Below the pieces are notes generated by a model. It was not told where the DNA came from and did not search any database. It saw only the letters and a program-made list of their open reading frames with translations. Of a DNA stretch of 32,000 bases, positions 18,395 through 29,507 are shown one piece after another. The stretch spans positions 1,230,764-1,262,763 of the forward strand of contig NZ_CP114780.1 in the NCBI RefSeq assembly GCF_027359415.1. The letters are read 5' to 3'. The translations under genes were made by a program, and so were the position numbers. Every line of letters starts with the position of its first letter. The stretch's first letter is position 1. The stretch is from Prochlorococcus marinus str. MIT 0918. Lineage in GTDB: Bacteria; Cyanobacteriota; Cyanobacteriia; PCC-6307; Cyanobiaceae.

Positions 18395-19549
18395 ATGAAA
18401 TTTATTTGCTCTCAAACGGAACTTAACTCTGCCCTTCAACTTGTGAGTAGGGCTGTAGCTTCTCGTCCAACCCATCCTGTTTTGGCAAATATATTGTTAA
18501 CAGCAGATGCTGGAACAGGAAAATTACGTCTTACTGGATTTGATTTAAATTTAGGAATACAGACTTCTTTAGCTGCTTCGATTGAAAATAGTGGAGCTAT
18601 TACCGTACCAGCAAAGTTATTTGGCGAAATCATTTCTAAACTATCTAATGATTCACCAATAACTATTTCTAGTGATGAATCAGAGGATTTAGTCCATTTA
18701 ATAAGTAAGAGTGGAACCTATCAAGTCAGGTCTATGAGTGCAGATGATTTTCCTGATTTGCCAATGGTTGAAAATGGCTTATCTCTTAAAGTAAATTCAA
18801 TTTCTTTTGCAAACTCTTTACGAGCGACATTATTTGCTAGTAGTTCAGATGAAGCTAAACAAATTTTAACAGGTGTTAATTTAAGTTTTGATGGAACTTC
18901 TTTAAAAACTGCTGCTACAGACGGCCATAGACTAGCTATTTTAAAATTGAAAGATGTAATAATTGATGATAAAGATCATCAACTATCGAATCAAAATATT
19001 GAGATTACAATTCCTTCTAGGTCATTAAGAGAAGTAGAAAGGTTTATTTCTAATTGTAAATCAGATAATGAAATTACTTTTTTTTATGATCGTGGTCAAG
19101 CTGTTTTTATTTCTGCTGATCAAATAGTTACTACAAGAATATTAGAAGGAAATTATCCAAATTATAATCAGCTTGTACCTCAAGACTTTGCTAATACTTT
19201 AGAATTAGATCGTAATGATTTTATTTCAGCTTTAGATAGAATTTCTGTATTAGCAGAACAACATAATAATGTTGTAAGAATTTCTACAAATCAAGAATCA
19301 CAAATATTAAATATTACTGCAGATGCTCAAGACTTAGGTAGTGGATCTGAATCAATTCCTATTAAATATAATGGTAATGATTTACAAATTGCATTTAACT
19401 CTAAATATTTATTGGATGGATTAAGAATTATACAAACAGATACTATCTTACTTAAATTTAATGCTCCTACTACTCCTGCAATTTTTACCCCAAACAATCA
19501 AAATAATAATTTTATTTATTTAGTAATGCCTGTACAAATGCGTTCATAA
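18395..19549 (+). CDS. dnaN: DNA polymerase III beta sliding clamp
   Basis: 384 aa. N-terminal MKFICSQTELNSALQLVSRAV...PVLANILL, and the length and three-domain layout, are typical of DnaN. It ends in ...YLVMPVQMRS. Confidence 0.97.
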   Translation: MKFICSQTELNSALQLVSRAVASRPTHPVLANILLTADAGTGKLRLTGFDLNLGIQTSLAASIENSGAITVPAKLFGEIISKLSNDSPITISSDESEDLVHLISKSGTYQVRSMSADDFPDLPMVENGLSLKVNSISFANSLRATLFASSSDEAKQILTGVNLSFDGTSLKTAATDGHRLAILKLKDVIIDDKDHQLSNQNIEITIPSRSLREVERFISNCKSDNEITFFYDRGQAVFISADQIVTTRILEGNYPNYNQLVPQDFANTLELDRNDFISALDRISVLAEQHNNVVRISTNQESQILNITADAQDLGSGSESIPIKYNGNDLQIAFNSKYLLDGLRIIQTDTILLKFNAPTTPAIFTPNNQNNNFIYLVMPVQMRS

Positions 19550-19550
19550 T

Positions 19551-20282
19551 TTGAATATCCCAAAACATTATCTTTTAAGCAATCTTTTACAACGAAATGT
19601 TCGTTGTAATCAAGGTTTAGATCATGGAAATGGAGTTATAGCTTGGATGTATCCTCCTGTACATCGTGTACTAGGATGGGCTTCGAGACCTTCTAGATTA
19701 AGCCTTAAGCGCCATGTTTGGCAATTGAATCAATTAAAAGCTTTGACTAATACAGAAGCATATGTAAGAGGAAATCCTTCAGATTCTGATCAAGCTACAT
19801 TAGATAGGTTTCCAACATTATTAGATGCAGATTTAATTAGTCAATATGGTGAAAAAATTGCTACTATTGCTGATTTGATTTTTGATACTAAAAATGGTCA
19901 AATATTATATTATTTAGTTTCAAGAAGTAATCCTAAAATTCCTGGAACAAGTAGATGGAAATTTGATTTAAATCAAATTATAGACCAGGAGCCTGGTTTT
20001 GTTTCATCTAATATTAATTCTATAGATGATTTACCACTTATAAAAAGTAGTATAAAACAAGATTTAATTAATAAAACTCAAGAGCTAAAAACTAATTTTA
20101 ATGAAATATCTACCATAGCTAATGGAAGGTTAGAAGGGTGGTTAGATGATAATCCTATGCAAAATTTTAAAGATAATTTATTTGATTCGAATTTTAATGA
20201 TAATTCTGAATTTAATGAAGATGAAATTTATTCTTCTGATGAATATACTAATATTCGAAATGAAGAAGATCCATGGATTTAA
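19551..20282 (+). CDS. Conserved hypothetical protein between dnaN and purL (possibly PRC-barrel-like repeats; acidic C-terminal tail)
   Basis: 243-aa ORF with a TTG start 1 nt after the dnaN stop. Two segments look PRC-barrel-like ([36 protein letters not shown] and [34 protein letters not shown]). The last ~40 aa are D/E/N-rich and end in EEDPWI. The position matches the second gene of Prochlorococcus and Synechococcus genomes, from memory. Confidence 0.7.
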   Translation: MNIPKHYLLSNLLQRNVRCNQGLDHGNGVIAWMYPPVHRVLGWASRPSRLSLKRHVWQLNQLKALTNTEAYVRGNPSDSDQATLDRFPTLLDADLISQYGEKIATIADLIFDTKNGQILYYLVSRSNPKIPGTSRWKFDLNQIIDQEPGFVSSNINSIDDLPLIKSSIKQDLINKTQELKTNFNEISTIANGRLEGWLDDNPMQNFKDNLFDSNFNDNSEFNEDEIYSSDEYTNIRNEEDPWI

Positions 20283-22678
20283 ATATGAATCTAAATGATT
20301 TTGAAGATCTTATAAAATCTGATTTTTATCGTGTAGATTATGATGTTTCTACAGCTTTATTAAAAGAGGGTTTAAAAAAACACGATTATTTAGAAATTTG
20401 TAAGCGTCTTAAAAGAGCTCCTAATCGTACTGAATTGGGAATGTTTGGGGTTATGTGGTCAGAACATTGTTGTTATAGAAATTCAAAGCCTTTGTTATCT
20501 TCTTTTCCCACAGAAGGTAAACATATTTTAGTTGGCCCTGGTGAAAATGCAGGAGTAGTTGATTTAGGAGAAGGTCAAAGATTAGCTTTTAAAATTGAAA
20601 GTCATAATCATCCTTCTGCTATTGAACCTTTTCAAGGTGCTGCAACAGGAGTTGGTGGAATTTTAAGAGATATTTTTACTATGGGTGCTAGACCAATAGC
20701 AGTTTTAAATTCTCTAAGGTTTGGTCCTCTTGATAATCCAAAGAATATAGGTCTATTGCAAGGTGTTGTTTCCGGTATTGCTCATTATGGAAATTGTATA
20801 GGAGTTCCAACTGTAGGCGGTGAAATTTCTTTTGATAAAAGTTATTCAGGAAATCCATTAGTAAATGCTATGGCTTTAGGTCTAATGGAAACTGATGAAA
20901 TTGTATGTTCAGGTGCTAAAGGAATTGATTTTCCAGTTATTTATGTTGGAAGTACTACAGGTCGAGATGGTATGGGAGGAGCTAGTTTTGCAAGTTCTGA
21001 ACTTACTCAATCTTCATTAGATGATCGACCAGCCGTTCAGGTTGGTGATCCTTTTTTGGAGAAAGGTTTAATTGAAGGTTGTTTAGATGCTTTTAAAACT
21101 GGATATGTAATCGCAGCGCAAGATATGGGAGCTGCAGGATTGACCTGTAGTTGCTCAGAAATGGCTGCTAAAGGTGGAGTTGGTATAGAACTTGATCTTG
21201 ATTTGGTTCCAGCAAGAGAAGAAGGAATGGAACCTTATGATTTTTTATTATCAGAATCACAAGAAAGAATGTTATTTGTTGTTCAACCAGGTAAGGAAGA
21301 ACATGTAATGCAGCATTTTACAAAATGGGGTTTAAATGCTGTTGTTGTAGGAAGAGTTTTAAAAGATAATGTTGTTCGTGTTCTTTATAAAAATAAAATT
21401 GTTGTAGATTTGCCAGCAGATGCTTTAGCTGAAAATACTCCTATTAATAAACATGAATTAATATCTGAAATACCTAAAGAATTAAAATTAAAATGGCTTT
21501 GGAAAGAAGATCAATTACCAATAGATCAAGAAAAGGGGATTGTTATTCAAAATAAACTTTTAACTTGGAATCAAATAACATTAAAATTATTAGATGATCC
21601 AACAATTGCTTCTAAAAGATGGATTTACAGTCAATATGATTATCAAGTTCAAAATAATACTGTAATTTCTCCTGGAGTTGCTGATGCAGCTGTTATTAGA
21701 TTGAGACCTATTGAAAATAATAAATCTGATTCAAACAGAGGAGTTGCTGCTGTTGTTGATTGTTCTAATAGATGGGTTGCTTTAGATCCTGAACGAGGAG
21801 CAATTGCTTCAGTAGCAGAGGCTTCACGAAATCTTTCATGTGTTGGTGCTTCACCTTTAGCTGTTACAGATAATCTGAATTTTTCTTCTCCAGAAGATTC
21901 TCTTGGTTATTGGCAATTAGCAATGTCCTGTAAAGGTATATCCAAAGCTTGTAGTTTTCTAAATACTCCTGTTACTGGTGGAAATGTATCTTTATATAAT
22001 GAGACTTTAATAGATGATAAAAAAATCCCTATTCAACCAACTCCAGTTATTGGAATGGTTGGTTTAGTACAAGATTTAACCAAAACTGTCGGTCAAGGCT
22101 GGAGTAATGAGGGAGATGAAATATGGTTATTAGGGATTCCTTTGGATATTCTTGATAAAAAAGGCGAACATGTTTCTTTGGCAGGAAGTTCTTATTTAGA
22201 AAATATTTTTCAACTTAATACAGGTCGACCACCATTAATAGACTTACATCTTGAAAAGACTATTCAATTATTTGTAAGAAACTCAATTTTTAAAGGTTTG
22301 ATTAAGACAGCACATGATATAAGTGATGGAGGAATAACAATTGCTTTAGCAGAGGCATCAATGACTTCCGGTTTAGGAGCTAAATGTAATTTTTCCTTTT
22401 GTGATAATCGAATAGATAAAGTTTTGTTTGGAGAAGGAGGATCTAGAATAATTATCAGTATTTCTTCATCAATGCATGAACAATTTAAAATGACTTTAAA
22501 TAGTTTTAATAATGAAAATTCATATAAAGTACCTGCATCCTTGATTGGAACAGTAACTGATGAAAAGAAACTATTAATTAATAATTATGATAAGAATCTA
22601 GTTAATTTAAAAATAGAAGAGTTGGAATCTGTATTTGAAGGTTCTATTCCTAGTAGAATTTCATTAAATTTATATTAG
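20273..22678 (+). CDS. purL: Phosphoribosylformylglycinamidine synthase subunit PurL (FGAM synthase II)
   Basis: About 800 aa with [31 protein letters not shown] and DMGAAGL. There are two candidate ATG starts: 20273, which overlaps the upstream stop by 10 nt, and 20285. Confidence 0.95.
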   Translation: MDLNMNLNDFEDLIKSDFYRVDYDVSTALLKEGLKKHDYLEICKRLKRAPNRTELGMFGVMWSEHCCYRNSKPLLSSFPTEGKHILVGPGENAGVVDLGEGQRLAFKIESHNHPSAIEPFQGAATGVGGILRDIFTMGARPIAVLNSLRFGPLDNPKNIGLLQGVVSGIAHYGNCIGVPTVGGEISFDKSYSGNPLVNAMALGLMETDEIVCSGAKGIDFPVIYVGSTTGRDGMGGASFASSELTQSSLDDRPAVQVGDPFLEKGLIEGCLDAFKTGYVIAAQDMGAAGLTCSCSEMAAKGGVGIELDLDLVPAREEGMEPYDFLLSESQERMLFVVQPGKEEHVMQHFTKWGLNAVVVGRVLKDNVVRVLYKNKIVVDLPADALAENTPINKHELISEIPKELKLKWLWKEDQLPIDQEKGIVIQNKLLTWNQITLKLLDDPTIASKRWIYSQYDYQVQNNTVISPGVADAAVIRLRPIENNKSDSNRGVAAVVDCSNRWVALDPERGAIASVAEASRNLSCVGASPLAVTDNLNFSSPEDSLGYWQLAMSCKGISKACSFLNTPVTGGNVSLYNETLIDDKKIPIQPTPVIGMVGLVQDLTKTVGQGWSNEGDEIWLLGIPLDILDKKGEHVSLAGSSYLENIFQLNTGRPPLIDLHLEKTIQLFVRNSIFKGLIKTAHDISDGGITIALAEASMTSGLGAKCNFSFCDNRIDKVLFGEGGSRIIISISSSMHEQFKMTLNSFNNENSYKVPASLIGTVTDEKKLLINNYDKNLVNLKIEELESVFEGSIPSRISLNLY

Positions 22679-22716
22679 ATGATTATTTACAAATTCATTT
22701 TACTTATTAAATAATT

Positions 22717-24174
22717 ATGTGCGGTATTGTTGGAATAGTTTCTAATACTGAGATTAATCAAAGGATCTACGATAGCTTGTTGTTATTACAACATAGAGGG
22801 CAAGATTCTACTGGCATAGCAACGATGGAAGGAAGTGTTTTTCATTTACATAAATCTAAGGGTCACGTAAAAGATGCTTATAGAACAAGAGATATGAGGA
22901 CCTTACGTGGAAATATTGGAATAGGACATGTTCGTTACGCTACTACTGGTGCAGCTCATCGTGAAGATGAGGCCCAACCATTTTATGTAAATGCTCCATA
23001 TGGAATTATTCTTGTTCATAATGGAAATCTTACTAATACAAGAGAATTAGAAGCTCAACTTTTTAATATTGATAGACGTCATACTAATTCTTCTAGTGAT
23101 ACAGAAATGCTTTTAAATATTTTAGCAACTGAAATTCAAGCACAAATTCATGGTTCTTCTTTATCTCCAGAACATATTTTTTCTGCTGTTACTTCATTAC
23201 ATAAAAGAGTAGAAGGGTCTTATGCATCAATTGCATTAATTTCTGGATATGGGTTACTTGCTTTTCGAGATCCTTTTGGTATTAGACCTTTAGTTTTAGG
23301 TAAGAAAATAGTTGAGAATAAAAAAACAGAATGGATACTTGCAAGTGAATCATTAGTTTTAGAAAATAATGATTTTGAAGTTGTAAGAGATGTTCAGCCA
23401 GGAGAAGCAATTTTTATTTCTAATGAAGGAAAATTATTTTCAAAACAGTGTTCAAATAACCCCCAATTATTTCCTTGTTCTTTTGAATATGTTTACTTAG
23501 CAAGACCAGATTCTGTTATGAATGGGATTTCTGTCTATGAAGCGAGATTACGTATGGGCGATCACCTTGCTAATACTGTTAAGCAAAAAATATCATCTGG
23601 TGATATTGATGTTGTTATGCCTATTCCCGATTCTTCTAGACCTTCTGCGATGCAAGTTGCACGACAATTGGGACTTGAATATCGTGAAGGATTTTTTAAA
23701 AATCGTTATATAGGAAGAACATTTATTATGCCTGGACAAGCTTTAAGAAAACAATCTGTTCGTCAAAAATTAAATGCTATGTCAAGTGAATTTAAAGGCA
23801 AAAATGTTTTACTTGTAGATGATTCAATAGTTAGAGGAACTACTTCTAGAGAAATAGTTCAAATGGCAAGATTAGCAGGAGCAAATAAGGTGTATTTTAC
23901 TTCAGCAGCTCCTCCTATTAGATTTCCACATGTATATGGTATAAATATGCCATCTAAACGAGAATTAATTGCTTATAATAAAACTACTAAAGAAATTGAA
24001 AACATATTATTAGCTGATAAATTGGTATATCAGGATATAACTGATTTAGAAAAGTCTATATTAAATGATTCATGTGTTAAACATCTTGATTTGTCTTGCT
24101 TTAATGGTAATTATGTTACTGGTAAAGTAACTAATGAGTATTTAGATTGGGTCGAATTAGAATATTCTTCTTAG
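22717..24174 (+). CDS. purF: Amidophosphoribosyltransferase
   Basis: The MCGIVGI N-terminal nucleophile cysteine (Ntn amidotransferase) and the PRPP-binding loop VLLVDDSIVRGTT. 485 aa. Confidence 0.97.
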   Translation: MCGIVGIVSNTEINQRIYDSLLLLQHRGQDSTGIATMEGSVFHLHKSKGHVKDAYRTRDMRTLRGNIGIGHVRYATTGAAHREDEAQPFYVNAPYGIILVHNGNLTNTRELEAQLFNIDRRHTNSSSDTEMLLNILATEIQAQIHGSSLSPEHIFSAVTSLHKRVEGSYASIALISGYGLLAFRDPFGIRPLVLGKKIVENKKTEWILASESLVLENNDFEVVRDVQPGEAIFISNEGKLFSKQCSNNPQLFPCSFEYVYLARPDSVMNGISVYEARLRMGDHLANTVKQKISSGDIDVVMPIPDSSRPSAMQVARQLGLEYREGFFKNRYIGRTFIMPGQALRKQSVRQKLNAMSSEFKGKNVLLVDDSIVRGTTSREIVQMARLAGANKVYFTSAAPPIRFPHVYGINMPSKRELIAYNKTTKEIENILLADKLVYQDITDLEKSILNDSCVKHLDLSCFNGNYVTGKVTNEYLDWVELEYSS

Positions 24175-24180
24175 TTTTTC

Positions 24181-26676
24181 TCAATCGAAGAAACTATAGT
24201 TTTTTTCTTCAATTAAAGGAATAATACTTTCTATACTTTCTCCGCTATTTAAATTAAATGCTTTATTTTGTTTAATATTGTACTCTATGTTAATTAATTG
24301 ATTTGATGAAACCCTACCATTTCTTCCTGTATTTGTAATTACACTTGAAAGATATTTTCCATTATACATTGAAACAACCCTTTCTTTTTTATTTTTATTT
24401 TCTATTAATTCAATCGCAATAGTTCCCATATCACCTTTATCATAAATATTTATATCATCACTATACTTTTTGATAACGTTACCATTTTGCGTAACAAATA
24501 TTAAATCACAAGCTTTATCTTTTGCGATTGATAAACCACTTATTATATTTTCTCCAGGTAACATTTTCATTAATATTGGACCTTGAGCAAGCTTGCCCAT
24601 TGTTGGCATTGTTATATCATTCACTCTCAGCTTTATTATTCTTCCTATATCACTAACTATAATTAAAAACCCTTCGCAATGACATAAAAAGGCAGACTTT
24701 AGTGATACATTATTTTTTAATTTTAATATTGTAGTTGCTCTACCAGATAAATCTAATATTTCATTAATATTAATTCTTTTAAATCTACCATCACTACTGA
24801 GTAAGCCTAAACTTAGATTATTATTATTAACTAATGGTATTAAACTGATTACAATTTCTCCTTCTAAACCTGATGGAAGAAACTTATTTATTTTACCAGG
24901 CTGTAATCCTGCAAACTCCCATTTAAGAAGTGCGATTTTCCCTGTATTTGTTATTGCAATAATTTTTGGGTTTTTTATTATCGGCCATATGATATTTGCA
25001 GGACTTGGTTCTTCCCCTATTATACAGCTTTCATTTAAGTTTAATTTTTTTAGAATTCTTGGATTTAAGATTTTTACTTCATTATTACTTTGAATTAATA
25101 GAGTGCCATCTTTAGGAAGTCCTTCAAAAGCTTTTTTTCTTTGAAGCTCTGCATTAGGTCTTAAATTAGCATTTCTTTCAGCTAGTAACTCATCTCCACC
25201 TTCTTTCAATCTAGTTTTTCTCTTACTTCCAAATTTCTTCTGAAGAGTTTTAAATTCGCTTATCATTAATTTTAGAAGAACATTTCTATTATCTAGTAAT
25301 TTTTGTAAATCATTTTTTATTGTTTTTAAAACATCCAGCTCATTATATAGAGATTGTGTTTCTAAATTTGTTAATTTTCTCAATGGCATTGATAGTATTC
25401 CTTCTGATTGTTTTTCATTAAGGAATAATTCTTCCATTATTTTTGTTTTTGCATCAGCTGCATCAGCTGCATTTTCAAGTAAATTAATTACTTTTCTTAA
25501 GTTTTTTAATGCTTTTATTAACCCTTCAACTATTTCTAATCTAAGAATAGTTTTTTTAAGTTTATTTTTTGTTCTTCTTTGTATTGTTAATTCCCTATAC
25601 TCAAGAAAAATTAATAAGTATTCTTTTAAAGAAAGTTGTTTTGGTTGTCCATTAACTAATGCAAGTAATGTTGCACTAAAATTATTTTGAAGGCTTGTTT
25701 TATCATATAGAAGCTTTTGTGTTTTTTCACTATCAGCATCTCTTCTTAATTCAATAACTATTCTCATTCCATCTCTATCACTTTCATCTCTTATATCTGC
25801 AATTCCATCAATTTTTCCATTATTGACTAAGTCAGCGAGTTTTTCTATCCAGTTTGATTTGTTAACTTGGTAAGGAAGTTCTGTTATTATTATTCCTTTT
25901 TTTCTATGTTTACCTTTGCCTGGAGTTATTTCTTCTATATGTGAAATTCCTCTCATAGGTATGCTTCCTTTACCTTTTATATATGTTTCTTTTGTTCCAC
26001 TACCTAATAGAATTTCTCCACCTGTTGGAAAATCTGGACCTGGAATAATATTGATTAGATCTTCTTCTTTTATTTCAGGTTTTTTTATTAACTGGATTAA
26101 TCCATCGATAATTTCATTGATATTATGCGGTGGAATATTAGTTGCCATACCAACAGCTATACCTGAGCAACCATTTAGAATTAGAAATGGTAGTTGAGCT
26201 GGCAACACTTCTGGCTCTTGTTGGGAACCATCAAAATTAGGATTGAAATCTACTGTGTTTCCTTCAATTTCAGACAATATGGCTTCATGCGCTATAGAAG
26301 ACAATCGCGTTTCTGTGTAACGCATTGCTGCTGGTGGATCATCATCTATGGATCCAAAATTCCCATGTCCATCTAAAACTGGATAGCGACTAGAAAAGTT
26401 TTGAACGAGTCTGACAAGTGCGTCATATACGGCTTGATCTCCATGTGGATGATATTTACCTAATACATCCCCAACAACTCGAGCACATTTTCTAAAAGGG
26501 CGGTCTGGAGTTAATCCAAGTTCATGCATCGCAAAAAGAATGCGCCTTTGAACTGGCTTTAGGCCATCTCTAGCATCAGGCAATGCCCTTCCTACGATCA
26601 CGCTCATTGCGTATTCGAGGTAAGAACGCTGCATCTCTTGATGTAGCGATATTGGTTGTAAGCGTTCTTTAGACAT
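24181..26676 (-). CDS. Type IIA DNA topoisomerase subunit A (GyrA/ParC family; ParC-like, with no GyrA box seen)
   Basis: 831 aa. The N-terminus [28 protein letters not shown] and the catalytic-Tyr region [11 protein letters not shown] are present. The C-terminal ~330 aa is a divergent N/K/I-rich beta-pinwheel-like region in which I cannot find a QRRGGKG-type GyrA box. Confidence 0.92.
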   Translation of the reverse strand: MSKERLQPISLHQEMQRSYLEYAMSVIVGRALPDARDGLKPVQRRILFAMHELGLTPDRPFRKCARVVGDVLGKYHPHGDQAVYDALVRLVQNFSSRYPVLDGHGNFGSIDDDPPAAMRYTETRLSSIAHEAILSEIEGNTVDFNPNFDGSQQEPEVLPAQLPFLILNGCSGIAVGMATNIPPHNINEIIDGLIQLIKKPEIKEEDLINIIPGPDFPTGGEILLGSGTKETYIKGKGSIPMRGISHIEEITPGKGKHRKKGIIITELPYQVNKSNWIEKLADLVNNGKIDGIADIRDESDRDGMRIVIELRRDADSEKTQKLLYDKTSLQNNFSATLLALVNGQPKQLSLKEYLLIFLEYRELTIQRRTKNKLKKTILRLEIVEGLIKALKNLRKVINLLENAADAADAKTKIMEELFLNEKQSEGILSMPLRKLTNLETQSLYNELDVLKTIKNDLQKLLDNRNVLLKLMISEFKTLQKKFGSKRKTRLKEGGDELLAERNANLRPNAELQRKKAFEGLPKDGTLLIQSNNEVKILNPRILKKLNLNESCIIGEEPSPANIIWPIIKNPKIIAITNTGKIALLKWEFAGLQPGKINKFLPSGLEGEIVISLIPLVNNNNLSLGLLSSDGRFKRININEILDLSGRATTILKLKNNVSLKSAFLCHCEGFLIIVSDIGRIIKLRVNDITMPTMGKLAQGPILMKMLPGENIISGLSIAKDKACDLIFVTQNGNVIKKYSDDINIYDKGDMGTIAIELIENKNKKERVVSMYNGKYLSSVITNTGRNGRVSSNQLINIEYNIKQNKAFNLNSGESIESIIPLIEEKNYSFFD

Positions 26677-26758
26677 CTAGGTAAAGAATTTTTAGAAGAT
26701 GAGAAGCCCTAGATTTTGCATAATTCAAACTTATGCTTATTTACCTCTAGTTTTATCG

Positions 26759-27649
26759 TTATTGATTATTTGTAAAGCTTGTATTTTCTGAAGTGGTATT
26801 TATTGTTGACATTAATTTTGGGTCTCTAAAAAGTTTTTTTCCATCATTTTGAAGTCTTTCTCCCCATAGTTGCTCTTTCTGATGTTGTATATAAAAGTAG
26901 TTTGGGTCTTCTTCTAGAGCTTGTTTAGCTAATGCTATAGATTCAGTATTGTCAGTATTTAATGAATACAGCGCTATTGCCAAAGCTAGTTTTGGTTCAG
27001 CATTGGATTCAAGTTTTAAAACTTTTCTCCAAATTTTGATTGCTTTTCCTTTATTTCCTAGCTCGTAATAAACAAGGCCTTCATTGTTTATAGCTTGCCA
27101 AAACTTAGGATTTATTTTAGATGCTTGTTTGAATGATAATAATGCTTTTGAATAATTTTTTTGCATTAGCCTTGCATTGCCTAGTAAAAAATAGGAATTA
27201 GAATTATTATCATTAAGTTTAATACTTTTTTTTATTGATAAAATAGCTTTTTCAAGTTTCCCTTGCTGTAATAAAATAGAGGCATGACTTCGCCATAATA
27301 TTTCTAATTGAGGATTAAGCTTTTGAGCTTCTTCAATAGATTTAATAGCTTCATCTAACAGATTGTTATTTAATTGTGCTTGACTCAGAATAGTCCATAA
27401 TTGTAATTCTTTAGGGTTTAATTTAATAGCCAATTTTGCGAAGCTAATAGCTATTTTATTTTGTCCATACTTAATATATTGTGATGCAATAATACCTAGT
27501 TTAATACTAGTATTTATCAATGTCTTTTCTTTTGGCAAATATATATGTGGAGTTAATGCTTTAACAGGCTTTGTAAAAATACTTAGATTAATATTTAATA
27601 ATAACAATATAACCAAGTATTTTTTCTTTTTTAGAATATTTATATTCAT
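26759..27649 (-). CDS. TPR-repeat protein with N-terminal signal or anchor sequence
   Basis: I trimmed the start to the ATG at 27649 (MNINILKKKKYLVILLLLNINLSIF...), which lies 4 nt after the queG stop. The ORF-track start at 27685 would overlap queG. There are multiple 34-residue TPR-like repeats (for example AIKSIEEAQKLNPQ and ALLSFKQASKINPKFWQAINNEG). Confidence 0.85.
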   Translation of the reverse strand: MNINILKKKKYLVILLLLNINLSIFTKPVKALTPHIYLPKEKTLINTSIKLGIIASQYIKYGQNKIAISFAKLAIKLNPKELQLWTILSQAQLNNNLLDEAIKSIEEAQKLNPQLEILWRSHASILLQQGKLEKAILSIKKSIKLNDNNSNSYFLLGNARLMQKNYSKALLSFKQASKINPKFWQAINNEGLVYYELGNKGKAIKIWRKVLKLESNAEPKLALAIALYSLNTDNTESIALAKQALEEDPNYFYIQHQKEQLWGERLQNDGKKLFRDPKLMSTINTTSENTSFTNNQ

Positions 27650-27653
27650 TTTT

Positions 27654-28601
27654 TTATGTCTTATTTTGTTGAATATAATTTGCATTTCTTCTCCACATCC
27701 AAGGCTTAATTCTTTTTAATGATGAACCTTTAAGCTCGCTTTTCCATTTTTCATCATCCCATTTTATAGCTTTTTCACAGGTTAGTTTTTTAATCCAATC
27801 TTTAGCTTGAGTATCAGGATCATTGCTGATTGGAATATTTCGATCATTCCATGGACAAACTTCCTGACAAATATCGCAGCCTGCGATCCATTTTCCCATA
27901 GCTTTTTGAATTTCTATTGGAATTTCTTTGTCTCTATTTTCAATATTGTGATAGGCAATACATTTTCTAGAGTCAATAACAAATGGCTCTGTAATAGCGT
28001 TCGTTGGACATGATTCAATACAGATTTGGCATTTTCCGCATAGTGGTATTGAAGGTCTGTCAGGTATTAGATTTTCAGTAGATAACAGATTGCCTAACAC
28101 CATCCATGATCCTTGATTTTGGTTTATTAAATTACTATTTTTTCCAATCCAGCCAAGACCAGCTTCTTCTGCCCATGCTTTTTCAAGGATAGGTTTTGAA
28201 TCAACACATACTTTCCATTTTGAATTAGGCCTTTCTTTTTCTAGCCAATGTCCAATTTCTTTTAATCTCTTTTCAATTATTTGGTGATAATCCTTTCCCC
28301 AAGCATATCGACCAATTAATACTTCATCTTTGGTTTTTATTTTAGGACCTGTAAAATAATTCAAACCTACTACCAGTACACTTTTTACTCCTTTAAGAAG
28401 TTTTTCTGCTTCGAACCTTCTAGGAGCTTTCATCCATTCCATATCTGCATGGTTTCCTGCATTTAACCATCTTTCTAATGATTCTGATCTCATTTTAATT
28501 CTTTTGCTCCCTGGAATCTTTGCAATTCCAATTGGATTAAAACCTCTTTTTTTAGCTTCCGCTTTTAGTTCAACGCTTAATTTTTCATTAAAGGAAGCCA
28601 T
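27654..28601 (-). CDS. queG: Epoxyqueuosine reductase (tRNA queuosine biosynthesis)
   Basis: 315 aa with two ferredoxin-type clusters (CGKCQICIESCP and CDICQEVCPWN). The N-terminal region matches the QueG (YjeS) layout. Confidence 0.88.
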   Translation of the reverse strand: MASFNEKLSVELKAEAKKRGFNPIGIAKIPGSKRIKMRSESLERWLNAGNHADMEWMKAPRRFEAEKLLKGVKSVLVVGLNYFTGPKIKTKDEVLIGRYAWGKDYHQIIEKRLKEIGHWLEKERPNSKWKVCVDSKPILEKAWAEEAGLGWIGKNSNLINQNQGSWMVLGNLLSTENLIPDRPSIPLCGKCQICIESCPTNAITEPFVIDSRKCIAYHNIENRDKEIPIEIQKAMGKWIAGCDICQEVCPWNDRNIPISNDPDTQAKDWIKKLTCEKAIKWDDEKWKSELKGSSLKRIKPWMWRRNANYIQQNKT

Positions 28602-28737
28602 GATAATGAGACATTTGAAGTTTTTTAAGAAATGATATTTAGATTATTTCCATTAAAAATTCTGTTTAGCCAAAGTAAATGTAGTCATTTATGAGTAACT
28701 TAGTTTAATAAACTATCTACAAGCCATTTAATCCTTT

Positions 28738-29487
28738 TTGGTGCAGTCTTCTCCCAGACAAGATCTTTCTCTACCTTCTAGGCTGCAGCAAGATCTTAAA
28801 AACGACCTTATAGCAGGGTTGTTAGTGGTTATTCCATTGGCTACAACCATTTGGCTTTCTACGATAGTTAGTCGCTTTGTTTTGGTTTTTTTGACTTCTA
28901 TCCCAAAGCAATTAAATCCTTTTATTACACTCAACCCTATTCTTCAAGACTTAATTAATCTTGCTTTGGGCCTAACAGTCCCATTATTAGGCATTTTATT
29001 AATAGGCTTGATGGCCAGGAATATTGTTGGCAGATGGCTCTTGGAATTTGGAGAAGGAACTTTATCTCGCATTCCTTTAGCAGGTTCAGTTTATAAAACT
29101 CTTAAACAACTTTTAGAAACTTTTCTAGGTGATAATTCATCTAGATTTCGTCGAGTTGTTTTGGTTGAATATCCTCGAGAGGGATTATTTAGTGTTGGTT
29201 TTGTTACGGGTATAGTTGGACCATCTCTTCAGCCAGAATTAGATGAGCCGTTATTGAGTGTTTTTATTCCTACTGCTCCTAACCCAACTACTGGTTGGTA
29301 TACATTGGTTCCAGAGAAGTCTGTAAAAGATCTAAACATATCAGTAGAAGATGCTTTTAGAACCATTATTTCTGCAGGAATAGTAAATCCTGATGATCGT
29401 AATAAAGCTACTAATACAAGTTTTTCTAGTTTATTCGCTCAGTTAAAATCTCGCTCTTCACAATCTTCCTTACCAAATAATACTTAA
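28738..29487 (+). CDS. DUF502-family membrane protein
   Basis: 249 aa. The N-terminus LKNDLIAGLLVVIPLATTIWL, two TM helices and then a soluble domain (VVLVEYPREGLFSVGFVTG...PTAPNPTTGWY) are typical of DUF502/COG2928. The start is TTG 28738 or the adjacent GTG 28741. Confidence 0.85.
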   Translation: MVQSSPRQDLSLPSRLQQDLKNDLIAGLLVVIPLATTIWLSTIVSRFVLVFLTSIPKQLNPFITLNPILQDLINLALGLTVPLLGILLIGLMARNIVGRWLLEFGEGTLSRIPLAGSVYKTLKQLLETFLGDNSSRFRRVVLVEYPREGLFSVGFVTGIVGPSLQPELDEPLLSVFIPTAPNPTTGWYTLVPEKSVKDLNISVEDAFRTIISAGIVNPDDRNKATNTSFSSLFAQLKSRSSQSSLPNNT

Positions 29488-29507
29488 TTGCTGTATTTTT
29501 TAATTTT

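Noticed and set aside
18278-18475. 65-aa minus-strand ORF spanning the oriC spacer and the dnaN start
   Set aside because: It overlaps the dnaN start and the DnaA-box region. Its basic low-complexity product is a chance ORF in AT-rich DNA.
23922-23930. DnaA-box-like ATTTCCACA inside purF
   Set aside because: A single isolated 8/9 match within a coding region, which is expected by chance in 32 kb.
25451-25471. 9-bp tandem duplication GCATCAGCT x2 inside the topoisomerase gene
   Set aside because: It encodes AADAADA in a linker region and is a trivial in-frame microduplication.
27650-27685. N-terminal extension of the TPR ORF overlapping queG
   Set aside because: The internal ATG at 27649 yields a typical signal-like N-terminus and a 4-nt gap from the queG stop.
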